Below, piece by piece: positions 23,016 to 31,284 of a stretch of 32,000 bases of DNA (its first letter is position 1; each line of letters begins with the position of its first letter). Source of the DNA: Pyrodictium abyssi (lineage in GTDB: Archaea > Thermoproteota > Thermoprotei_A > Sulfolobales > Pyrodictiaceae); assembly GCF_036323395.1 (NCBI RefSeq), contig NZ_AP028907.1, positions 750,001 through 782,000 on the forward strand, given 5' to 3'. A model generated the notes under the pieces. The model made no database searches and was not told where the DNA came from. It saw only the letters and a list, made by a program, of their open reading frames with translations. A program made the translations under genes and the position numbers.

Positions 23016-23288
23016 ATGCTCAAGGAGGATGTGTCCGACATAGCCCCGGGCCGCGGCCTGGGCGCTGGCCGCGAAGCTCTTAACAGGAGACGTGGGCATA
23101 TCTCCTGTGGGGAGCGTTGGTCTAGGATCGCCGAGGACCAGCAGGGGTTGTGGCCTGTGTGGCTGCGTGTAGTGGTTCTCGGGGAGGCGGTGGTCTCCGC
23201 GTACTTCGCGGGGATAAGCGCGGCCCTGGCCGCGGCCGCGCTGCTGCTCCCACCGCTGCTCATCTGCCGCATCCCCTCGAAGCGGTAG
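23016..23288 (+). CDS. possible small membrane protein (start uncertain)
   Basis: Only the C-terminal half of the track ORF is protein-like and hydrophobic (VVVLGEAVVSAYFAGISAALAAAALLLPPLLI). Confidence 0.25.
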   Translation: MLKEDVSDIAPGRGLGAGREALNRRRGHISCGERWSRIAEDQQGLWPVWLRVVVLGEAVVSAYFAGISAALAAAALLLPPLLICRIPSKR

Positions 23289-23309
23289 GCACAGGAAGGG
23301 TGGTGGCTC

Positions 23310-23528
23310 TTGCCCCGGGCGAGGCTGGCCGTGGTGGTTGGGATTGCGGCTCCGCTGGTGCTCGCCTATCTCGCCGGCGTGGCCGCGATGGAGGCGGCGG
23401 AGGCTGTACTCGGCGGCGATGTGCTGGGCGCAGCTGTGGCAGCCGTCGCCGAGGCGGTGCTGGCCTGTGCGGCCGCCCTCGCACAGGCCAGGCACGCTCT
23501 AGATCCGTCTGCCCCCGGTAGACGCTAG
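23310..23528 (+). CDS. possible small membrane protein
   Basis: 72-aa track ORF with a TTG start and Ala/Val/Leu-rich helices. It converges on, and overlaps by 30 nt, the minus-strand gene 23499-23717. Confidence 0.3.
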   Translation: MPRARLAVVVGIAAPLVLAYLAGVAAMEAAEAVLGGDVLGAAVAAVAEAVLACAAALAQARHALDPSAPGRR

Positions 23529-23717
23529 AACGGCTATAGCTACAAGGATGGGTATTGCGCCGGCACCAGCTATGGCGAGCTTCACGAGCCTCGGATCATG
23601 CGGCCCGCTCAGCGCGACGAGCAGAACAAACACAAGGAATAGCGCAACAGCGGCAAAGACGCCGGCAAACCTACTGAGCCGCCGCAGCAACCTAGCCCCC
23701 CGAAACCAGAGCAGCAT
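23499..23717 (-). CDS. small two-TM membrane protein
   Basis: 72 aa with helices FAGVFAAVALFLVFVLLVAL and AIAGAGAIPILVAIAVLA. It lies directly downstream of the AbrB-like gene. Confidence 0.5.
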   Translation of the reverse strand: MLLWFRGARLLRRLSRFAGVFAAVALFLVFVLLVALSGPHDPRLVKLAIAGAGAIPILVAIAVLASTGGRRI

Positions 23718-23719
23718 GC

Positions 23720-24007
23720 CTAGGCCGGAGCAGCCGCCGGCGCAGCAGCTTTCTTCCTCGGCCTTAGTACCAGGACCTTCTCGCCGCCACGCCTCTCGAC
23801 ACGCAGCTCAAACTCTATATCATCATCTGGGGTTACGCCTAGTTCCTCTAGCGCTCTAACGGGTATGTGCATTAGAGGATAGTAGTAGCGTTTCCTTCCG
23901 CGCTTAACCGTCCTCCAGCTCGCCTTTACCAGCATTACTTCTCCCTGTGTGTCTCTCTGCCGGGTGTTCTGCTTTGAGGCTTGTGCCATGGCCGCGGCCT
24001 GTGCCAA
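23720..24007 (-). CDS. AbrB/SpoVT-like DNA-binding protein
   Basis: YYYPLMHIPVRALEELGVTPDDDIEFELRVERRGGEKVLVLRP fits the swapped-hairpin pattern. The first codons, ATGGCACAGGCCGCGGCCATGGCA, contain the palindrome. The gene lies 37 bp inside attR. Confidence 0.55.
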   Translation of the reverse strand: MAQAAAMAQASKQNTRQRDTQGEVMLVKASWRTVKRGRKRYYYPLMHIPVRALEELGVTPDDDIEFELRVERRGGEKVLVLRPRKKAAAPAAAPA

Positions 24008-24043
24008 ACCGTATCACCGGTGCGCGGTGGGTGGGGCGGGTTG

Positions 24044-24077
24044 TGGCGCCGGGGGCGGGATTTGAACCCGCGCGGCC
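24044..24077. repeat. attR core (direct repeat)
   Basis: Identical to 1400-1433. Confidence 0.85.
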
Positions 24078-24133
24078 CGGCTGGGGCCACCGGCTCTCCA
24101 GGCCGGCCCCTTGGTCCGCTCGGGCACCCCGGC
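24044..24133 (-). tRNA. tRNA-Ser (anticodon GGA), class II, CCA encoded
   Basis: The reverse complement reads GCCGGGGTGCCCGAGCGGACCAAGGGGCCGGCCTGGAGAGCCGGTGGCCCCAGCCGGGCCGCGCGGGTTCAAATCCCGCCCCCGGCGCCA. The acceptor stem is GCCGGGG/CCCCGGC. The anticodon stem is CCGGC/GCCGG with loop CUGGAGA. The long variable arm is GGCCC-CAGCC-GGGCC. The T arm is GCGGG-TTCAAAT-CCCGC and the discriminator is G. Confidence 0.9.
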
Positions 24134-24206
24134 GCCCAGGGGCTCCCCGGTTCACGGGTGGCTCTAGGGGCGGGGGAGGGTTATTGGTTTTCCCCGGTGG
24201 AGTCCC

Positions 24207-24827
24207 TCATGCTTTCCTGGCGTAGAGTATTGTATAGCCTTTCTTCCTGAGGGCTACCCGTGCGTCTCCGAAGGCTTCCTTCATGAGGTCTAGTGCACGG
24301 TTGGCCCCCTTCCTCATGACTAGCTGCAACGTGCCGCCGGGGGCTATGTGCTGTGGCGCGCGGCGTATTATCTCCTCTATGGTGGCCATTCCGGCTGCTA
24401 GCGGCGGGTTGGAGAGGATTGCGTCGAATACCCTGCCCTCTACTGGCTCGTAGAGGTTTCCGTGGAGTACGGTGACCCGGTCCTCTACCCGGTTGTGCCG
24501 GGCGTTGAGCTTTGCTAGCTCTACCGCGCGGGGATTTACATCTACCATTACTACGCGTAGCCTGGGGTACGCCTTGGCCAGGGTTATGCCTATGGCTCCG
24601 TAGCCGCAGCCGAGGTCGAGGACTGTGCCCTGTTCCGGCACCTCTGCGTGCTCTATGAGCAGCCTGGTGCCAGTGTCTACCTCTCTGGGGGAGAAGACGT
24701 CGCTGGATACGTAGAACTCTACCGTTACTCCGCGTAGGTGGTCGCTTATCAGCCTCCGTGGGCCGCGGCGGCTCCGGGGCCGGTAGTAGTGGCTGGGGGT
24801 CAACGCTTCTTCTCCCGCTGCTTCCAC
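24207..24827 (-). CDS. class I SAM-dependent methyltransferase (small MTS/RsmC-like domain)
   Basis: Motif I is VLDLGCGYGAIG and motif IV is SNPPLAAG. The start may be later, because 28 nt overlap the cbf5 end. Confidence 0.75.
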   Translation of the reverse strand: MEAAGEEALTPSHYYRPRSRRGPRRLISDHLRGVTVEFYVSSDVFSPREVDTGTRLLIEHAEVPEQGTVLDLGCGYGAIGITLAKAYPRLRVVMVDVNPRAVELAKLNARHNRVEDRVTVLHGNLYEPVEGRVFDAILSNPPLAAGMATIEEIIRRAPQHIAPGGTLQLVMRKGANRALDLMKEAFGDARVALRKKGYTILYARKA

Positions 24828-25846
24828 GCCTTGGGGTAGACCCCGGGCTTCATTATCACGCGGCGTATCTTCACAGCGATACCGCGCTTGGCTTTGGCCA
24901 TCTCCTCGCTGCTCATCTGGGCGACGCCTACTGCTACTAGCTCGCCCTTGAGGGTGAAGAGTGCTACTAGGTCGCCGCGCTGTATACCTTCGTGTAGCCT
25001 CACTATGCCCGGTACTGCTAGGTTCGCTCCGTGGGCTATCGCGTCTACTGCTGTGTCGCGTATCACTATCTTGGGTAGGTGGCTCACTGCGTACTCGATG
25101 GGCTTGATGTACTTTCTCAGTAGGTCTTCTTTGCCCTCGTTGCGCCAGCGGTAGAGCGCCTCGCTTAGGTCCTGTAGGCGTACGAGCCCGTGCTGTTCGC
25201 GGAACGGGCCGCTCTTGGTGCGACGTAGCTCTCTCATGTGGGCGCCGACACCGAGTATGAGGCCGACGTCGTGACAGAGTTTCCTCATGTAGGTGCCTGC
25301 CTCGCAGAAGACACGCATCAGGGCGTAGCGGCCGTTGTACTCAAGGAGTTCTATCTCGTAGATCTTCTTTGTTCTTAGGCTCCTCTTGACGCTGCTGCGG
25401 AGCGGCGGCCTCTGGTAGATCTCCCCCACGAACATCTCTAGCGCCCGGCGTAGGTCCTGCTCAGGCACGGGATGATGGAGCTGCATTACACACGTGTACT
25501 CCTTGCCGGTGTGGACTACTAGGCCTATGACCTTTGTAGCCTCCTCGAGGGCTACCGGGAGTACGCCAGTCACCTTCGGGTCTAGCGTGCCGCCGTGCCC
25601 AGCCTTGGAGAGGCCGAACATCCGCTTAACCCAGGCTACTACCTCGTGGCTCGTGGGCCCCGGCGGCTTGTCGAGCGCCACGACGCCGAGCTTTATGTGC
25701 TGCTCTATGGGCCTCTCCCAGGGCGGCGTGCCGTAGTCGGGGCTCGTCTCCTCGTCTAGCCGTACTATCCACTTCCTCTCTACGCCGGCGAACCGGTCAA
25801 GCTTCTCTATGAACTCTAGGCCCTGCCGGGTTAGGCTGCTCGACAT
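24800..25846 (-). CDS. cbf5: H/ACA RNP pseudouridine synthase Cbf5 (TruB family)
   Basis: The TruB catalytic motif is HGGTLDPKVTGVLPV. A C-terminal PUA-like region is present (KIVIRDTAVDAIAHGANLAVPGI). The position next to L14e and cmk is conserved. Confidence 0.9.
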   Translation of the reverse strand: MSSSLTRQGLEFIEKLDRFAGVERKWIVRLDEETSPDYGTPPWERPIEQHIKLGVVALDKPPGPTSHEVVAWVKRMFGLSKAGHGGTLDPKVTGVLPVALEEATKVIGLVVHTGKEYTCVMQLHHPVPEQDLRRALEMFVGEIYQRPPLRSSVKRSLRTKKIYEIELLEYNGRYALMRVFCEAGTYMRKLCHDVGLILGVGAHMRELRRTKSGPFREQHGLVRLQDLSEALYRWRNEGKEDLLRKYIKPIEYAVSHLPKIVIRDTAVDAIAHGANLAVPGIVRLHEGIQRGDLVALFTLKGELVAVGVAQMSSEEMAKAKRGIAVKIRRVIMKPGVYPKAWKQREKKR

Positions 25847-26093
25847 AGCTTGTGTGCCCTCCCTCTGCCGCTATGGCCTATAGCCTGCTAGCCCCCTATA
25901 ACCCCGCAGTACAAGCACTACGGCCTACCCGACCCCTGCCGGGGACACACCGGCCGAGGGGACGCGTAGAAGGCAGCCTGCAGCACGGGAACGTAGCTTA
26001 CATGGATACTCGGCCAGCGAGGAGCCGGCTGGGAAGACGGCTGCCCCGAGCAGAGGAGGAGAGGGGCAGCGCGCACGCGGGGAAAGAACGGCG

Positions 26094-26390
26094 TTACAGT
26101 AGGCCAGGCTTTAGCTCTACGCGTACACGCTCCTTCATGAAGTCTAGTAGGCCTGCCTCCTCTAGCGCCTTCTTTACCTCCTCGTCGCTGGCGCCGGGCT
26201 CGATGTTTATCTTCTCCGGGAGCACCTCGATGTGGTTTATGTTGGCGCGTCTCCTCTTGACGCCGGACACGTCCTTGGGGCCGGTTATCACGACGAAGTT
26301 ATCGTCTATTATCTCTACTATAACGCACTTCCTGCCTGCCTCGCGGCCACGGAGCTTTACGCAGAGACGGCCTACCTCTATCGCGGGCAT
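26094..26390 (-). CDS. rpl14e: 50S ribosomal protein L14e
   Basis: [39 protein letters not shown]. Start trimmed to the ATG at 26390. Confidence 0.85.
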   Translation of the reverse strand: MPAIEVGRLCVKLRGREAGRKCVIVEIIDDNFVVITGPKDVSGVKRRRANINHIEVLPEKINIEPGASDEEVKKALEEAGLLDFMKERVRVELKPGLL

Positions 26391-26444
26391 CGCTTCCCTA
26401 CCCCCAGCTCTAGGGGCCACCAGTGGCTGAGCTTCATTTAAGCC

Positions 26445-27041
26445 TTACCGGCTGCATGCTTCGAGCCTAAACCCCTTCTTAGCGAGCAGCCTGCACGTAT
26501 ACGTCTTTATCACTGCGTATGCCTCCTCGACGCTCAGCGGCTCGGTGTCAAGCACCAGGTTGAATATCTGTAGGTTGTTGACGTCTATCCCGTAGTAGTC
26601 TAGGAAGCGGCGCCAGTGCATGTACTCCCTCGCCACTGTCTCGCGGTAGACGTCGGCTAGGGGGCGGTTCTCGCGCATAGCTATCCGCTTTATCCGCACC
26701 TCGAGGGGCGCTGTCACGTATATCCTCACGTCGGCTACTCCGCCGAGCACCCATGCTACGAGATGGCCCTCCAGCACTACCCCGCCGCGGCACCCTATCT
26801 CTAGCGTCCTAGAGTCTATCTCGAGGTCTATGCTCGGATCCTCTGCTGCTATCCGGTTGAGCTCCTCTATGCTGACTCCCTGCTCGCGCGCAACCTCCCG
26901 GAATATCATGCCGGCAGAGTAGTACTGGAGCCCTAGGTCCTCGGCTAGCCGGCGAGCGTACGTCGTCTTACCGCTACCCGGAGGCCCGCTAACAGCTATT
27001 GTAGGGCCCTTCTTACCGCCACTGCATCTCCTTGCGATCAA
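26445..27041 (-). CDS. cmk: cytidylate kinase, archaeal type
   Basis: The P-loop is IAVSGPPGSGKTTYARRLAEDLGL. The size is ~190 aa. The position between L34e and L14e is conserved. Confidence 0.85.
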   Translation of the reverse strand: MIARRCSGGKKGPTIAVSGPPGSGKTTYARRLAEDLGLQYYSAGMIFREVAREQGVSIEELNRIAAEDPSIDLEIDSRTLEIGCRGGVVLEGHLVAWVLGGVADVRIYVTAPLEVRIKRIAMRENRPLADVYRETVAREYMHWRRFLDYYGIDVNNLQIFNLVLDTEPLSVEEAYAVIKTYTCRLLAKKGFRLEACSR

Positions 27042-27309
27042 GCACCCGCCGCCTCCATGCCGCTAGACCGGGCTCTGCGAGTAATAATAGGTTGTAATTG
27101 GGTGGCCCCGGGCCCACAGGAGACGAGACGCCAGATAGACCATGAGGCCAGCACGGCTACGCGGGGTACCGGGCCAAAGGGCCGCCGAAGGCGTAGGAGG
27201 GTTCCGTAGAGGGCCTAGAAGGGCTCTCGGCCGGAGCTGCGCGGCGTGGAGACGCCGCAAGAAGGGGAGGAGGCCAGCGCAGAGGGTCTCCCTGGGAGCT
27301 TTTTGCTGG

Positions 27310-27606
27310 CTACTGCTTAGCCTGTAGCTGCTGGAGCACCTGGCTCCTTATCGTCTTCTTGAGCAGCTTGGTGAGACAGCTTGGGCACAGCACGCCGCCG
27401 TACATGCGCTCTGGGCGCTTAGCAGTCTTGGGCAGCTTCCGCAGCTCTATCGGGCGTAGCCTGGGCACACCGTTGAGCGGCTGGCCGCACACGGCGCACT
27501 TGGCTGGGCCTGGCCTCCGTTTCTCATAGTGTATCCGCGTCTCCCCGCCGGGTGTGCGGACGTAGACCCTCCTTAGGGAACGGCTCCTGTACCTGGGCCT
27601 GGGCAC
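27310..27606 (-). CDS. rpl34e: 50S ribosomal protein L34e
   Basis: [47 protein letters not shown]. Confidence 0.9.
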   Translation of the reverse strand: MPRPRYRSRSLRRVYVRTPGGETRIHYEKRRPGPAKCAVCGQPLNGVPRLRPIELRKLPKTAKRPERMYGGVLCPSCLTKLLKKTIRSQVLQQLQAKQ

Positions 27607-27649
27607 GCTTCTACACCCCGCGCTATAGCTCCACCCGGGGCTAGCCGCT

Positions 27650-28129
27650 CTACCGCCGGGCTTTCTTAAGCATTAGTATCCCTATGAGGTCGTACTGTAT
27701 CATGGGCAGGGACACGAGGAAGGCTAGCGCCGCCACGAGGCTTGACACAGTCACGCATCCGCCCCCGCCCGGCGACAGAGTGAGCCCCGGGATACAGCAG
27801 AGGGATGGGAACACCACGGGCCGCAGAGTAAAGACCACCACCGCGCCAAGGTAGACAGGGGTCAGCAGGGCGAGGCGGAGCATCGCGTACCTACGCACGC
27901 TTCTCTGCAGCAACGCTATACGCGAGTAGAGCTTGCCTGCGCGCCGCTTGACACGCTTATCGCCAGTGTCCCCTACCCGGCGGTACTCGTGTACAAGCTG
28001 TTCTAGCTCAGCCCGAGCCTCCAGATACGATGCGTCAACCATCCGGTGGAAGAGATACTCGGCAACAAGGACGCCCATCAACGCCAGTGCAACCACGTAG
28101 ACCTCGTAGACAAGCATGCCGGCAGCCAT
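27650..28129 (-). CDS. DUF106/Oxa1-EMC3-like integral membrane protein (by position and topology)
   Basis: 159 aa: a TM helix, a charged helical hairpin ([41 protein letters not shown]), then two or three more TM helices. Its slot between adk and L34e is the usual place for this family in archaeal spc clusters. Confidence 0.5.
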   Translation of the reverse strand: MAAGMLVYEVYVVALALMGVLVAEYLFHRMVDASYLEARAELEQLVHEYRRVGDTGDKRVKRRAGKLYSRIALLQRSVRRYAMLRLALLTPVYLGAVVVFTLRPVVFPSLCCIPGLTLSPGGGGCVTVSSLVAALAFLVSLPMIQYDLIGILMLKKARR

Positions 28130-28289
28130 ACCGCCTGCACCGCGCCAGCCTAGAAGAGGGCCTGGGCCAGCAGAACACTGTTACGCAACAGACTAGGGAG
28201 CCCCGGGAACCAGCACCGTGTACTCCAGCTGCAGCACTGCAGGACTCTGACAGGGCGCGTGCCTAGGGAAAAACGACAGGGGCTCTAGC

Positions 28290-28907
28290 CTAGCGTAGCT
28301 TCGCTGCGAGCTCTACTATCTTCTGAGCAGCTATACCGGGGTCGCCCTCCACGTTCTCGACGATATAGACGCTTGCTGCTACACGCACAGCGCTAGCCAT
28401 AGCAGCTATACGGGCCATCTCTATTAGGAGCTTTATAGCCTCCACGTTGCCTATATCGCTCCTCACTCGGCCCTTGTCACGCTGCTGCCTCGCGAGGATG
28501 ACCTCGGGCGCCGCCTCGACCAGGACAATCGAGTCGGGGCGGAGTTCCTTCACGACGTTCTCAGGTAGGCCGGGCCAGTAGCCGGTAGAGGTCTTGATGA
28601 CGGCATGGGTGTCTACGAATAGGAAGCCCTGCTCAGACAGCTTCTGCTCGGCGTCGCGGCGTATACTCTCGGCCGCCATCTCCTGGAGCTCGAGCTGCTT
28701 ACGGAGCGGGAGGTGCCTCATCTCGTCACGGTGCCTGACGAGACCCTGCTCCGACGCCACGCGGAACATGTAGTCGCCGAAGTTGACTACTAGCATCTCC
28801 TCGCCTTTCTCCTTCATTATCTCGACGACCTTGCCGAGTACTGTCGTCTTTCCTACGCCCGGCACACCTGTTACTATCACCGTTACGAAGGGGTTACGCA
28901 GCACCAC
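28290..28907 (-). CDS. adkA: adenylate kinase, archaeal type
   Basis: VIVTGVPGVGKTTVLGKV P-loop, ~200 aa, directly downstream of secY. Confidence 0.9.
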   Translation of the reverse strand: MVLRNPFVTVIVTGVPGVGKTTVLGKVVEIMKEKGEEMLVVNFGDYMFRVASEQGLVRHRDEMRHLPLRKQLELQEMAAESIRRDAEQKLSEQGFLFVDTHAVIKTSTGYWPGLPENVVKELRPDSIVLVEAAPEVILARQQRDKGRVRSDIGNVEAIKLLIEMARIAAMASAVRVAASVYIVENVEGDPGIAAQKIVELAAKLR

Positions 28908-29069
28908 GACCCATCTACCCCCACCATGCAGACCGCTGCTATGCTCCCCGGGAGGCCCATGCAGACACAGACTAGAGCCCGTATTCCGTGTGCAAAATTA
29001 TGCAGGGAAGTGGGCCACCCTAGGCCCACACGAGGCCCAGACCCGCAGGTGTTTAAAAAGTTAGACTGC

Positions 29070-30473
29070 CTAGCTGCCTATTAGCCTCTGCAGCATCGGG
29101 TACATCTCTAGCGTCCTCTCATACGCCAGTGTCTGGTAGAAGTTATACACTATACCTACCAGCAGCACTAGACCGGAGCCCGTACCGTAGGCGCCGAATA
29201 TGTCGGCGAGCACAGCCATAGCCGCCACGAGCAGCGAGCTTATCACTGTCAGCGGGTAGATGTACCTCGCCAGAATCCTCTCTAGCAGCTTGACGTTCCT
29301 ACGCAGACCCGGCAGCTCCATGCCGGACCTTACCAGGTTCTCTGCCTGGTGCCTAGGGCTGAGACCAGCTATCTCGACCCAGATGAATCCGAAGAAGAGG
29401 CCCAGTATGAGCCACGATACGGCGAATACTAGCGTACGCAGCGGGTCTGCAGCCGCGTCGAGGAGGCCTCTAGGCGGCCTTACATAGTGGTATAGCACCT
29501 CTAGGCCTCTTGCCACTGGACTGTCTGGCCCGGTTATGCCCGCTACCATCTGGTAGAACACAGCGATGTCTGAGACCACTATGCCAACGAACAGTATAGG
29601 TATGTTGGTCACGTAGATGAAGTTTAGCGGAATCCTAGTCTTTATACTGCCATAGCGCGGGCTAGTGACAGGTATGTAGACCCTCATTAGCTGGAAGTAT
29701 ATAAGTATCATCACTATAGCTATCGTGGCTATGAAGCCTACGAAGTCCGGTAGACCGTGGCGGAGAAACGCAAAGTCACCGGTCTTGATCACGTGGGCTA
29801 GCCAGCCGTAGTACTCTACCGGATTGTCGCTAACCTTTATTGGGCCCGCCAAGTGCCATGCGAATCCTTTGAGCACATTCGCTACTATGAAGAGGCTTAG
29901 AGCCGAGCCTATGCCCCAGCCGTTACGCACTAGCTCGTCAAACCATAGCAGTATGAGAGTGGCTACTACAAGCTGTATGACTACCAAGATCTTTATACTA
30001 GCTCCAACAGGGCAGCCGCCACCACCTAGCGCTGTTGCCCAGAACTGACAGCCCGCCGCATAGGCCGCTGCCTCGAGGAACGCGAACACTAGAGCCAAGG
30101 TACGCTGGGCGCCCATAAACACCTTACGATCACGGGGCCTAGTTAGATCCATCTCTATCAAGCCACCGCCCACAAGCACCTCAAGCACTATACCAGCTGT
30201 CACTATAGGGCCTATACCGAGCGTCATAAGCGAGCCGAGATTCATACCCAGTATCAGCGAGGCGAGAGCCTGTGACTGTTGCTGCTGGTACCCTAGCACG
30301 CCATATAGGGGTATTTCGCTCATAATTAGGTATAGTAGCACCACTATACCGGTCCATGCTAGCCTCGTTGGGAGAGGCGGGCGCCGGGCAGGTCTTTCCA
30401 CCGCCGGGATATACCGCGAAACCGAGGCGAGAGCCTCCAGTACACCCATTGCTGGCGTCGCCCCCAGGCCCAA
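29070..30473 (-). CDS. secY: preprotein translocase subunit SecY
   Basis: 467-aa polytopic membrane protein between L15 and adk. SecY-like segments are present (GIGPIVTAGIVLEVL, YVTNIPILFV). The start may be the ATG at 30449. Confidence 0.9.
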   Translation of the reverse strand: MGLGATPAMGVLEALASVSRYIPAVERPARRPPLPTRLAWTGIVVLLYLIMSEIPLYGVLGYQQQQSQALASLILGMNLGSLMTLGIGPIVTAGIVLEVLVGGGLIEMDLTRPRDRKVFMGAQRTLALVFAFLEAAAYAAGCQFWATALGGGGCPVGASIKILVVIQLVVATLILLWFDELVRNGWGIGSALSLFIVANVLKGFAWHLAGPIKVSDNPVEYYGWLAHVIKTGDFAFLRHGLPDFVGFIATIAIVMILIYFQLMRVYIPVTSPRYGSIKTRIPLNFIYVTNIPILFVGIVVSDIAVFYQMVAGITGPDSPVARGLEVLYHYVRPPRGLLDAAADPLRTLVFAVSWLILGLFFGFIWVEIAGLSPRHQAENLVRSGMELPGLRRNVKLLERILARYIYPLTVISSLLVAAMAVLADIFGAYGTGSGLVLLVGIVYNFYQTLAYERTLEMYPMLQRLIGS

Positions 30474-30776
30474 AGCCAGCTCTCGCCCAGCTTTAAAGAG
30501 CCACCGGCCAGCTCTGTAGCCGGCTAGCCGTCATCGCCGACCTACCGATCTCTAAAGGTGTATGACCAGCAACCATCATAGACTATATAGTCACTTCAGG
30601 ATAGCTGCTGGAGCCACGGGGAGACAGCAGAAACAATGACCCGTAGAGGATCAGTAACAACCCCCTACACGAGGTTAGGACGGAAAAGACCGGAACAGCC
30701 CCGTAGTCAGAACATTAAAGCTGTACGAGCTAGGGCTACACTGACGGTTATGAGCCGGGGTTCAAAATACTGTGAC

Positions 30777-31235
30777 TCAGTCTTCTTCGCTACTGAGTAC
30801 TACTACTTCGCCGCCGGCCTCCTTTATCTTGCGTATAGCGGATTCGCTGGCAGCCGGTACTATCACCTTCACTGGCTTCGATATGCGGCCGCGGCCTAGC
30901 AGCTTGTTGTAGCCCAGGCTAGCCAGGTTTACCACTATCTTACCGCCTTCTTCGCTAGCCTTGCCCTCGCGCACCCACGTGTCCAGCTTCTCTGCTAGTT
31001 CACCCACGTTTATCTCGTTCACCTTTACCTCGTAGGTTAGCGGTCTGTTGAAGCCATGTTTGCCGAACCAGGTGGGAGCGTACTTTACTACCCATGTCCA
31101 CATGTGTTTGTGCATGCCAGCTGCGCCGAAGCCTCCGCGGCTACCGCTGCCACGGTGCTGGCCTATACGGCCCCAGCCCATTGTCCTAGTGCGGCCGCGT
31201 AGACGCCTACTCTTTTTCCTGCGACGGACGACCAC
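30777..31235 (-). CDS. rpl15: 50S ribosomal protein L15 (uL15)
   Basis: RRKKSRRLRGRTRTMGWGRIGQHRGSGSRGGFGAAGMHKH. Confidence 0.9.
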   Translation of the reverse strand: MVVRRRKKSRRLRGRTRTMGWGRIGQHRGSGSRGGFGAAGMHKHMWTWVVKYAPTWFGKHGFNRPLTYEVKVNEINVGELAEKLDTWVREGKASEEGGKIVVNLASLGYNKLLGRGRISKPVKVIVPAASESAIRKIKEAGGEVVVLSSEED

Positions 31236-31284
31236 TACTCAACACCCGGAGGCTATCCCGCTTCCTAGCCCGGGGATGCAGGTG

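Larger units (their letters stand above)
1400..24077. mobile_element. integrated element (~22.6 kb; provirus or integrative plasmid) inserted in the 3' end of tRNA-Ser(GGA)
   Basis: A 34-bp perfect direct repeat (1400-1433 = 24044-24077) corresponds to the tRNA 3' end. The interior holds an integrase-like ORF, an ATPase and many small DNA-binding and membrane ORFs. An element-specific oligonucleotide signature (GGCCGCGGCC) is also present. Housekeeping genes lie immediately outside both repeats. Confidence 0.85.

Noticed and set aside
23013-23495. 160-aa minus-strand ORF.
   Set aside because: Its composition is R/G/P/H/Q-rich and it overlaps two more plausible hydrophobic plus-strand ORFs.
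1557-23999. GGCCGCGGCC copies as a CRISPR array or CRISPR remnants.
   Set aside because: The repeat is only 10 bp long (up to 20 bp when extended). Spacing is irregular, from 38 bp to ~2 kb. Most copies lie inside ORFs, and no cas genes are present.
25852-26430. 192-aa plus-strand ORF opposite rpl14e.
   Set aside because: It is antisense to a clearly recognisable ribosomal protein gene and is S/R/P-rich.
30887-30896. Single GGCCGCGGCC copy in host rpl15 as evidence that the motif is host-wide.
   Set aside because: One copy in ~9.5 kb of flank, against 33 in 22.6 kb of element, does not support a host-wide density. Only a whole-genome count can settle this.
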